Shown: one piece after another, positions 1 through 6,855 of the stretch | Layout of the letters: the number at the start of each line of letters is the position of its first letter | Position numbering within the stretch: the stretch's first letter is position 1 | DNA from: Vulcanisaeta sp. AZ3 | Lineage (GTDB): Archaea; Thermoproteota; Thermoprotei; Thermoproteales; Thermocladiaceae | Reading direction: 5' to 3' | DNA: 14,203 nucleotides | Assembly (NCBI GenBank): GCA_000960865.2 | Contig: JZWU02000034.1 | Location: 1 to 14,203, forward strand | The notes under the pieces: model-generated | What the model saw: the letters and a program-made list of their open reading frames with translations, nothing else | Database searches by the model: none | What the model was told of the DNA's origin: nothing | Made by a program: the position numbers and the translations under genes

Positions 1-34
1 ACTCCCTCTTAGCCAAATCCTCAAGAGACACCAT
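1..34 (-). CDS. 5' end of a gene running off the left edge (MVSLEDLAKRE...), product unknown
   Basis: Minus-strand ATG at 34 opens ATG GTG TCT CTT GAG GAT TTG GCT AAG AGG GAG with host-like codons and no stop before the edge. A TATA-like run at about 58-70 lies about 25 nt upstream, as expected for a leaderless archaeal gene. Confidence 0.55.
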   Translation of the reverse strand, partial: MVSLEDLAKRE

Positions 35-57
35 ACGTAGTCATTATCAAAACGCAG

Positions 58-71
58 ATTTATAAATATAT
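58..71 (-). promoter_or_regulatory. Putative TATA box for the leftward partial gene
   Basis: AT run (TTTATAAA core) starting about 24 nt upstream of the ATG at 34. Confidence 0.45.
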
Positions 72-273
72 CGCTTCAGAAAGACCCATAAAAATATAAG
101 GACAAGGATATGAATAACTTAAGTGTATATGTATAGGTATGTATAATGTTATGTTTCTCTTAACCAACGTATACGTTTCCATAGTACTAGGATTGTTGAT
201 TGTCTGTAATACATAATTAATATGCAGATTTATGCAAAATACCTATTTATATCGGATCGTGGTCGTGATTTCA

Positions 274-933
274 ATGATATTTAAATTCTTTAGTTCCTCG
301 AGAGCTGCGGAGAGAAGGTTTAGAAGATATGTGGGTAAGTCAGTCGTTGCTGCTAATGGCAGGGTTATTGGCATAGTTGATGGCATAAAGCTTAGTAAGG
401 ATGACCTAAGGCCTGTTTCGATATTGGTTAGGATAGGCAATGGTGATGTTAGGGAGTTTAGGGTTAATGATGTTGGTGCTGTCTTTATGAGTGATAAGGT
501 TGTGTTTCAGAGGTTTAATGATGAGTATGCAGATTTGGTTGGTACTTTAAGGAATGAGGTTACCAGTATTAAGGAGAGACTCAGGGATATCATGGATAAG
601 TTAAATAGGCTTAGTGATATGCTTCTTCAAGGTGGTATTAAGGAAGATTTGTATAGGGACATTAGGGAGAGACTTGAGAGGGAGAGGGCTAAATGGGTTA
701 GACAGTGTAATGATAAAGTTAGTTCCATAAATGATTTAATCACAGAATTAGATAGGAGGATTGGGGATTCCGAGAGAAAGAAGGGTGAATTAATGATAAA
801 GCAGGTTATTGATGATTTAGGCGATGATGAGAAGAAGGAGCTAGCAAGCCTTGATGATTTAATTAACCAGTTAAGGAAGGTTAGAACTGAATTGCTTTCG
901 TTGAAAATGGAACTTGAGAAGGAATGCTACTAA
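274..933 (+). CDS. CdvA-like protein: N-terminal PRC-barrel plus long coiled coil
   Basis: YVGKSVVAANGRVIGIVDGI is a typical PRC-barrel start (xxGxxVxxxxGxxxGxV). It is followed by heptad-rich helices including LSDMLLQGGIKEDLYRDIRERLERE, resembling the CdvA coiled-coil hairpin. The ORF track starts at 232; ATG 274 (MIFKFF) with GGTCGTGA upstream is the preferred start. Confidence 0.7.
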   Translation: MIFKFFSSSRAAERRFRRYVGKSVVAANGRVIGIVDGIKLSKDDLRPVSILVRIGNGDVREFRVNDVGAVFMSDKVVFQRFNDEYADLVGTLRNEVTSIKERLRDIMDKLNRLSDMLLQGGIKEDLYRDIRERLERERAKWVRQCNDKVSSINDLITELDRRIGDSERKKGELMIKQVIDDLGDDEKKELASLDDLINQLRKVRTELLSLKMELEKECY

Positions 934-1142
934 AGTGACTTATATCTATAGGATAATGCTTTCTCAAATGGTACGAACTCGCCCGTATCATCATTGTAAT
1001 AACCAAGTACTGAATGTTCAGTATTCCTTCTACATTTCTCGCAATAAATGTACACCTTACTCCCTAGGTTCGTTAGGTCAAAACCAACATTAAGAATACT
1101 CTCCATACCGCACTTATCACATTTAATTTTCCACTTTGTCAT
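930..1142 (-). CDS. Small zinc-ribbon protein (CxxC-x22-CxxC)
   Basis: CDKC and CEKC pairs in about 70 aa. Lies just downstream of and co-directional with the ATP-grasp gene. Start is ATG 1142 or GTG 1151. Its stop overlaps the convergent CdvA-like stop at 930-933. Confidence 0.75.
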   Translation of the reverse strand: MTKWKIKCDKCGMESILNVGFDLTNLGSKVYIYCEKCRRNTEHSVLGYYNDDTGEFVPFEKALSYRYKSL

Positions 1143-1170
1143 AACCAACACTTGGAAGAACCCGTCATGT

Positions 1171-2064
1171 TCATGACTTTAACCTCTTAATCATGGCTAC
1201 TACTAAGGCCTTTGCAGGATTTCTACCTGTGACTGCTGTTAGTTCAGCCCAATCAGGCGAACCATTCACCTCAAAGATCACATATCCATCCTTACTCTCA
1301 CCAATGTCAACTCCACCATAGACTAACCCTAAGGATTCCACCGACCTTATCGCTATCTCCATGAGCGTCTTATCGATATTTGTACATGGTCTGCCAACGG
1401 CACCCTGGGCAACGTTTGTCTTCCACTGACCGTCAGGTGCCACCCTAATCATGCATCCAAAGACTTCATTATCAATAACCATAACTCTTATATCACGATT
1501 TGGCTTCTTAATATACTTCTGAATGTATATTGGCTTCTTAATGGTTAGTAATGTCTTCATTACTTGGAATGCTGTGTCAGCATCATCAACCTTAACCGCA
1601 CCATAACCCCTAGATCCTTGTAGTGGCTTTATTACCACCTCTCCCATGCTTTTAGCTATATCATAAGCATATATTATATCCTCAGTACCTATCGTGTCAG
1701 GTATAGGTAAACCGTTGTTCTTGAGTATAACCATGGTCTCCAGCTTGTTTCTAGTCCTTAGCAATCCATCCAATGGATTAATGACTACAGATCCCTCATT
1801 TTCAAGTAAGCGGATAGTTATGACTCTCCTAAAGAAGGTCTCAACGTCAATAAGGACCCCCAGGCTTCTTAGGAACAATCCATCGGCTTTAAAGGGCTTA
1901 TTCCTAATAACGGTGAGCGGCCCATCTTTATCGACCTTAACTGACATCCTAGAGATTGGTACATAGGTGGCATTGAGACCAGAATTCCTGGCATAAATTA
2001 CTAAGTCCCTACTTGGCATATCCGGTATTGGTGAATCTCCTACTACGACAACCGAATAGGGCAT
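1171..2064 (-). CDS. RimK/LysX-family ATP-grasp alpha-L-glutamate (amino acid) ligase
   Basis: Motifs RNKLET, GLPIPDT, VVIKPLQGSRGYG, YIQKYI, RDIRVMVI, WKTNVAQGA, GGVDI and FEVNGSP are all typical of RimK/LysX/MptN/CofF ligases. Confidence 0.92.
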   Translation of the reverse strand: MPYSVVVVGDSPIPDMPSRDLVIYARNSGLNATYVPISRMSVKVDKDGPLTVIRNKPFKADGLFLRSLGVLIDVETFFRRVITIRLLENEGSVVINPLDGLLRTRNKLETMVILKNNGLPIPDTIGTEDIIYAYDIAKSMGEVVIKPLQGSRGYGAVKVDDADTAFQVMKTLLTIKKPIYIQKYIKKPNRDIRVMVIDNEVFGCMIRVAPDGQWKTNVAQGAVGRPCTNIDKTLMEIAIRSVESLGLVYGGVDIGESKDGYVIFEVNGSPDWAELTAVTGRNPAKALVVAMIKRLKS

Positions 2065-2087
2065 CTACCGTGCCCAATTTAAATTAA

Positions 2088-2095
2088 TATATAAA
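2088..2095 (-). promoter_or_regulatory. Putative TATA box of the ATP-grasp ligase gene
   Basis: TTTATATA on the minus strand about 24 nt upstream of ATG 2064, with a purine-rich AAAAGA (BRE-like) immediately upstream. Confidence 0.55.
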
Positions 2096-2152
2096 TCTTT
2101 TATCGCCAAAGTACGTACATAACGTTTTACTAATTATAAGACTACACGAAAC

Positions 2153-2701
2153 TCAAGTCTGAGGTGGTGGGCGTTGTCTTTTGACCCTGCGCGGTGCGTA
2201 TCTTCTCCTTAACTCCTTAGATAACCCTAGGGCCATTATGGAGAATATTAAGGCGATGATTAATAAGATAATTGATAGTATTAATGATGAGGTGCCTAAT
2301 AATAGGGGCCCCATCATGGTTGGGAGTTTTGCATAGCTTTCATAAATAATGAAAATGGCTGTCAATGATATTATGGCTATCACAAACATAATTATGCCTC
2401 CGATTATTATAGATGAAAGGCCTGTGAATTCTCTCCTACCTAAGCTTGACCTGGCCATGTATATTATAAATCCGCCAATTAAGGCCATTATTACCGATAA
2501 AGCTGTTAACCCTGTTACGGCATTTAACCCTGGAAACGTGAGAATTGAGAAATACCTATTAGCTATTGACGGTGGTAGTTCGTTTGATAGAAAGTTTACT
2601 GCAATCATTATTAGTATTATGGATGTGAGTGATGTTACTGTTGATGTGAACATGAATAGGGACGCTCTATCCATCAATCGCTGAGTCCCGCTTGAATACA
2701 T
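2153..2701 (-). CDS. Hypothetical integral membrane protein (about 4 TM helices, basic C-terminal tail)
   Basis: Four long hydrophobic segments and an RRRYAPRRVKRQRPPPQT tail. AAGGGA SD-like site before ATG 2701; 10 bp downstream of the preceding gene. Confidence 0.75.
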   Translation of the reverse strand: MYSSGTQRLMDRASLFMFTSTVTSLTSIILIMIAVNFLSNELPPSIANRYFSILTFPGLNAVTGLTALSVIMALIGGFIIYMARSSLGRREFTGLSSIIIGGIIMFVIAIISLTAIFIIYESYAKLPTMMGPLLLGTSSLILSIILLIIALIFSIMALGLSKELRRRYAPRRVKRQRPPPQT

Positions 2702-2711
2702 AATTATCCCT

Positions 2712-2927
2712 TTATTGTAGGTATACGTATTGCCTTATCCTAACCTTACAGTTTGGGCACGTCAATGATCTCTCAATCAACTTAACTTTATGCCTGCTAT
2801 CCTCTCTAACCCATTCGCCATCCACAATCATTATGGACCCACAACTTGGGCATTTATTTATGAATGGATTTTGTCCATAATACGGGACTGACGATAATAT
2901 ATTTTTAACATCCTTATCCTGAGCCAT
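2712..2927 (-). CDS. Small zinc-ribbon protein (CPSC-x27-CPNC)
   Basis: Two CxxC knuckles with beta-strand-like spacers in 71 aa; probably co-transcribed with the 4-TM gene. Confidence 0.75.
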   Translation of the reverse strand: MAQDKDVKNILSSVPYYGQNPFINKCPSCGSIMIVDGEWVREDSRHKVKLIERSLTCPNCKVRIRQYVYLQ

Positions 2928-3043
2928 CCTGGTCAGTTAGCAGTGAATGAACCAGTTAATAAATGTTGACTGTTGTTTTTAGTATTACAAAGGTGATAAG
3001 AAGGAGTAGGGATTTAAGTACAAACCCTAGGTTGGAGTTAACA

Positions 3044-3265
3044 ATGAATGATGAATCCAGTAGTATTCCTGAAATACCTGGAGAGTTAAGGTCCGTTCTT
3101 GAGACCGTGAGTGAGGGTAATACGGTGCATATTAAATGTAGGTATAGGGGTAGGGATGGGAGAGAGTGTGGTGTATTATTCTTTAGCCTTAAGGATGCCA
3201 TTAGGCATTTAATAACTCATGATGATAAGTACCGAAGGTTTCTTCAATTGATTGAACGTGCCTAG
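3044..3265 (+). CDS. Small C2H2-type zinc-finger protein
   Basis: CRYRGRDGRECGVLFFSLKDAIRHLITH = C-x9-C-x3-F-x8-H-x3-H. ATG 3044 is preferred over 2963 because TTTAAGTA at 3013-3020 and GGAG at 3034-3037 precede it. Confidence 0.7.
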   Translation: MNDESSSIPEIPGELRSVLETVSEGNTVHIKCRYRGRDGRECGVLFFSLKDAIRHLITHDDKYRRFLQLIERA

Positions 3266-3308
3266 TACCAAATGCATTTAAACCCCATGCTTATTGTAGT
3301 AGGGTGCT

Positions 3309-3740
3309 ATGGCTAGGAACGTATCGCTCGATGAGTTAATCAATATTATCAATAATGCGGAGAACTTCGAGGTCGTAGACTATCAAGGCGACTCGGTAGT
3401 TATAGACGAGGTTAAAGGTATTATTAAGATTAAGGAGGAGGATGTTAAGAAAGAGCTTGGCGAATTACGTAAGATGCGGCCTAGGGGCAAACCAACGCCT
3501 AAGCAGTTGTCCATAACAGCTGATGTTGTTAAGAGACTTGTCGAAAATAAGGTTAGATTTAAGGTTGTTTTTGGGCCTAAAGAAGTGACGATTAGGTTTG
3601 ATTTAGATCATTATGTTAGGTTAAATGATAAGGACGTTAGGGTTGTGGGATTCTCCAGCAGAGATGAAGGTTATCTAGGGTTAATTGCTGACGTACTTGA
3701 GAAATACAAACCATTGGTCTTCTTAAAGAGAATTAAGTGA
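3309..3740 (+). CDS. Hypothetical protein (alpha/beta, central basic patch)
   Basis: 143-aa ORF with host codon usage, GGGTG SD-like site before ATG and TTTAAA at about 3277. No family recognised. Confidence 0.75.
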   Translation: MARNVSLDELINIINNAENFEVVDYQGDSVVIDEVKGIIKIKEEDVKKELGELRKMRPRGKPTPKQLSITADVVKRLVENKVRFKVVFGPKEVTIRFDLDHYVRLNDKDVRVVGFSSRDEGYLGLIADVLEKYKPLVFLKRIK

Positions 3741-4043
3741 AGCCTAAGCAGAGGAACTTATGGCATATGCGGCCTTTAACGTGATCCTCTTATATTTTGA
3801 CAATGAGAATTGTTCATAGAGGATAAAAGAGAGGCATTACCCTTTGGCGATCAAGAACTTCTTCAGATATGAATGAAAAGGGTAGATTTTCCGAGAGGGT
3901 TAGTTGTAATACTCTGAAAATTGAGTTTTAGGCTAATTAAATATCATATAGGGATATATTTCGTGCTGCCGAAGATATTACTGACAAGGAGACACTCAGT
4001 ACTACCATTAGGGCTTGGCGATTATAATCTATGCATTAAGCAC

Positions 4044-4688
4044 ATGGGTAAGTACCTGGATTTTCTGACTCCATGTAATGAGGTTGGTAATTATGTAATT
4101 ATTATGCCTCGTCAGGGAGTTTATATTAATGATAAAACTATTGAACCAATGAGTTGGAATGGCACTCAAGGCATGGAGGTGTATGCCTTATTTGGCAATG
4201 AATTAGCACTTTATGAATTAAGTGTTAAGGATGATAAGGTATCCTACGTTAGGTATCGGGCTAATGAGGAATTCCTTAGGGGTGTTAATATGTCGGGTAA
4301 TGCTGTGAATGAGATTCTGAGTGTTGTTGATTCTTTGTTGAGGAATTACATTAGGTCGAGTTTCATGATATATACTGCTTATCTGAGACTCGCATTGAAT
4401 GGCATGATTAGATTTCCTGGCTATAGGGAGTATGTTAGAGGTAGGGTCAGGGTGTATGGTAAGGATAGCCTTGTAATAGTTAAGGAGAGTAGTGGTAGTG
4501 AATTGAGAGTATCTCTGGTAACGACTATAGAATCTATTGATCAATTCACGAAAATAGTAATGGACTTAGTAAGGGCCTCAAGAATAATTAATGATTTTAG
4601 GTTAGGTAGGATTGGTCATTCAGTTAGGATGATTCTCGATGCTTTTATCCCTAATAATTTAATAACTCTGAGTAATGAGGACACGTAA
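4044..4688 (+). CDS. Hypothetical protein translationally coupled to the PfkB kinase
   Basis: The ORF track starts at TTG 3921, but host-like codon usage begins near ATG 4044 (MGKYLDF), with ATTATAAT at 4021. Its stop overlaps the next ATG (TAATG, 4686-4690). Confidence 0.7.
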   Translation: MGKYLDFLTPCNEVGNYVIIMPRQGVYINDKTIEPMSWNGTQGMEVYALFGNELALYELSVKDDKVSYVRYRANEEFLRGVNMSGNAVNEILSVVDSLLRNYIRSSFMIYTAYLRLALNGMIRFPGYREYVRGRVRVYGKDSLVIVKESSGSELRVSLVTTIESIDQFTKIVMDLVRASRIINDFRLGRIGHSVRMILDAFIPNNLITLSNEDT

Positions 4689-5560
4689 TGTTTGGTATTA
4701 TAGGACATGCGGCAATCGACATAATAAGAAGGGGGTCTAGGGTTTTAAGGTCGCCAGGCGGTGCACCGACCTATTGTTCCTTTTATTTAAAGCAGATTAA
4801 TATTGAAGTAGTTCCCATATCAATTGTCGGTATTGATTTCAACGATTATCTTATGGAGTACGCTAGTAGGGGAATCAATACTAGTAAGATCCGTATTGAT
4901 AATACGCACACCACCTCCTATGAAATAACTTACCTAGATGATAGTCATAGGAAACTTAGGTTGGTAGCTAGGTGTAGAGACTTCACACGGGAGGACTTAG
5001 ATGATTTACCGAATGTAGTTGCTGTTAATCCGATAGCAGGTGAGATTAGTCTAGATGTCCTTAATTATGTAAGATCCAGAGTTAATTTTCTTGGCGTTGA
5101 TATTCAAGGCTTCACTAGAATGTTCGATAGTGAAGGTTACGTGAAAACAGTGATGAACCTTAATAATGTGGCTTTGATTTTAAGGAATGCTGATATTATT
5201 AAGATTAGTATTGATGATACTCAGATAGAGGGTATACAGACCCTGGCTGATAGGCATAGAGATAAGGTTATAGTTATATCAATGGGTGCTCAAGGATCTA
5301 TGATGATCCATAATGGTAAAGTCCTAAGATTATCAACCAGTGGTATTGTGGATGCTAAGGATCCTACGGGTGCTGGTGATGTATTGACGTGCATGATGAC
5401 ATACCTACTTAGTAAGGGTGAGGATCTTGTTTGGTCATTTATTTACTCTAATGCTGTTGCCGCTGCTAAGACAATAAGTGAGGGCCCCTATGGTTCCATA
5501 AGTAGAGAACTCCTCGAATCAATAATGAGCAGATTATATCTAAGGTTGGTTAAGTCGTGA
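4688..5560 (+). CDS. PfkB/ribokinase-family carbohydrate or nucleoside kinase
   Basis: N-terminal GHAAIDII and PGGAPTY substrate motifs, GVDIQGF, SMGAQGS, and the C-terminal anion-hole signature DPTGAGDV. Confidence 0.92.
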   Translation: MFGIIGHAAIDIIRRGSRVLRSPGGAPTYCSFYLKQINIEVVPISIVGIDFNDYLMEYASRGINTSKIRIDNTHTTSYEITYLDDSHRKLRLVARCRDFTREDLDDLPNVVAVNPIAGEISLDVLNYVRSRVNFLGVDIQGFTRMFDSEGYVKTVMNLNNVALILRNADIIKISIDDTQIEGIQTLADRHRDKVIVISMGAQGSMMIHNGKVLRLSTSGIVDAKDPTGAGDVLTCMMTYLLSKGEDLVWSFIYSNAVAAAKTISEGPYGSISRELLESIMSRLYLRLVKS

Positions 5561-6013
5561 TTTACTTACGGCATCACTTACGTAATCCACGTCCGTAATT
5601 TGAACATAACTAAACCTACCGACTCTTCTAACGGTTATGAATCCCCTCTCGTAGAGCCTCCTAACGATCCTTGTCACAGTACTCTTAGGTAGTCCTAATT
5701 CCTTAGCTATCTCGGCTTGGTAGGCTTTACCCCCTCTTGATAATAGGAATGATAATACCCTTATCTCCTCTTCATTAATATTCCTAGTGGCCTCGTTAAT
5801 GTTTGTTGCATTAAATACTTTCTTAGGAGGCTCATCGAGCTCGAACTGGCTTATTGCTGTTGATGACGTATTGATACTAACCTCGTTCTGTTCGTTTTCT
5901 AGGTTCTTTTTAGGTTCTCTAAATGCTTGATATAATAGTGATAACAGCATTGCTAATTGAATGAAGGCTATGGAAACTACCACGTAGTACTCATATGAAC
6001 TGGTAAAAACCAT
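5540..6013 (-). CDS. Membrane-anchored winged helix-turn-helix (MarR-like) protein
   Basis: One N-terminal hydrophobic helix (YVVVSIAFIQLAMLLSLLY), a polar linker, then YQAEIAKELGLPKSTVTRIVRRLYERGFITVRRVGR (wHTH). Confidence 0.8.
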   Translation of the reverse strand: MVFTSSYEYYVVVSIAFIQLAMLLSLLYQAFREPKKNLENEQNEVSINTSSTAISQFELDEPPKKVFNATNINEATRNINEEEIRVLSFLLSRGGKAYQAEIAKELGLPKSTVTRIVRRLYERGFITVRRVGRFSYVQITDVDYVSDAVSKSRLNQP

Positions 6014-6091
6014 ACTAAGTTCTCGAATATAACTGCCTTTTTAGAATTACTGTTTATAAGATTTCGGAAATGTGTATCATTTAAGTATTAT

Positions 6092-6802
6092 TCATGAACA
6101 AGACTTAACAACTTCATCGATCATGTCATCTATTCTTGAGGTTATTAAAGTCAGAATTCCAAGACTAGGAAGTTCACTAGTTAGGTAGGCTATGCCGAGG
6201 TCCTCATAATCCATGGATTTCATAAATCCCCTACTGCTTAATGAGTTAATTATGCATTCTAATGCAGTTATAGCCCTAACCAGAACCTCAACCCTAACCT
6301 TGCCAAGCTCAAATTGCTGGTGCTCTAAATTTGCATTAACCTTAATTATACCTACTTTTGTATTGTAGACCTTAAACATATTGATTGACTCCTCATCCAA
6401 ATCAACGATCCAACCCTTGGACACTAATTCATAATTTATTTCTGATCTCAGTATTGGATTGCTTGAGTAATTTACTACTTCGATTAATAATGTAATGAGA
6501 GAATCCACATAAGTGCTTATTGATTGGAGATCATCGAATACCTCATTGCTGGGGCTTGGGTACATTATTATGACTTTATCGTCAGGCGCGTAATCGATAC
6601 TAAATTTGAAATGAGGTGTTAATATTGTGAGTAATGATACCTCATCTTCATTGAATGGCTTTATAGATATAAACCTTAACTTATACTTATTAATTGCCTT
6701 GTCAAACAGGGCTCTGGCCTCTATGGTCTTACCCAATAATGGATACCGATACACGTAGGTGCTCGTTAATGGGTCCTCAGACTCAATGCTCCAATTAACC
6801 AT
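6092..6802 (-). CDS. Hypothetical protein, possibly two tandem related alpha/beta domains
   Basis: 236-aa ORF with host codon usage and a TATA element at about 6826-6834. No family recognised. Confidence 0.72.
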   Translation of the reverse strand: MVNWSIESEDPLTSTYVYRYPLLGKTIEARALFDKAINKYKLRFISIKPFNEDEVSLLTILTPHFKFSIDYAPDDKVIIMYPSPSNEVFDDLQSISTYVDSLITLLIEVVNYSSNPILRSEINYELVSKGWIVDLDEESINMFKVYNTKVGIIKVNANLEHQQFELGKVRVEVLVRAITALECIINSLSSRGFMKSMDYEDLGIAYLTSELPSLGILTLITSRIDDMIDEVVKSCS

Positions 6803-6823
6803 TAATGTTACACTTTAGGGGAG

Positions 6824-6836
6824 TTATTTAAAAATA
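6824..6836. promoter_or_regulatory. Putative shared TATA element of divergent genes
   Basis: TTATTTAAAAATA is centred about 26-28 nt from both ATG 6802 (-) and GTG 6856 (+). Confidence 0.5.
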
Positions 6837-6855
6837 TGTAACTTTTAATTATATT

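Noticed and set aside
243-440. 65-aa minus-strand ORF
   Set aside because: Antisense shadow of the CdvA-like gene with no motifs.
930-2064. Calling the pair lysW/lysX or a graspetide RiPP cluster
   Set aside because: No C-terminal EDWGE, no lys/arg genes, and no repeated Thr/Ser/Lys-Asp/Glu core motifs or graspetide-like leader in the small ORF.
2059-2075. GGGCA/TGCCC hairpin around the ligase start codon
   Set aside because: Only a 5-bp stem, and TATA spacing suggests a leaderless transcript that would lack the upstream arm.
1694-2684. Plus-strand ORFs 1694-1966 and 2349-2684
   Set aside because: Antisense to better-supported genes; Ser/Ile/Asn-rich composition is typical of shadow frames.
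2981-2987. AGTATTA/TAATACT 7-mers (also 3907 and about 6084; near match at 207) resembling the Sulfolobales aCcr1 box as I recall it
   Set aside because: AT-rich 7-mers are expected by chance here, and there is no exact copy upstream of the CdvA-like gene.
2956-3201. 81-aa minus-strand ORF
   Set aside because: Antisense to the C2H2 gene, which has motif and promoter support.
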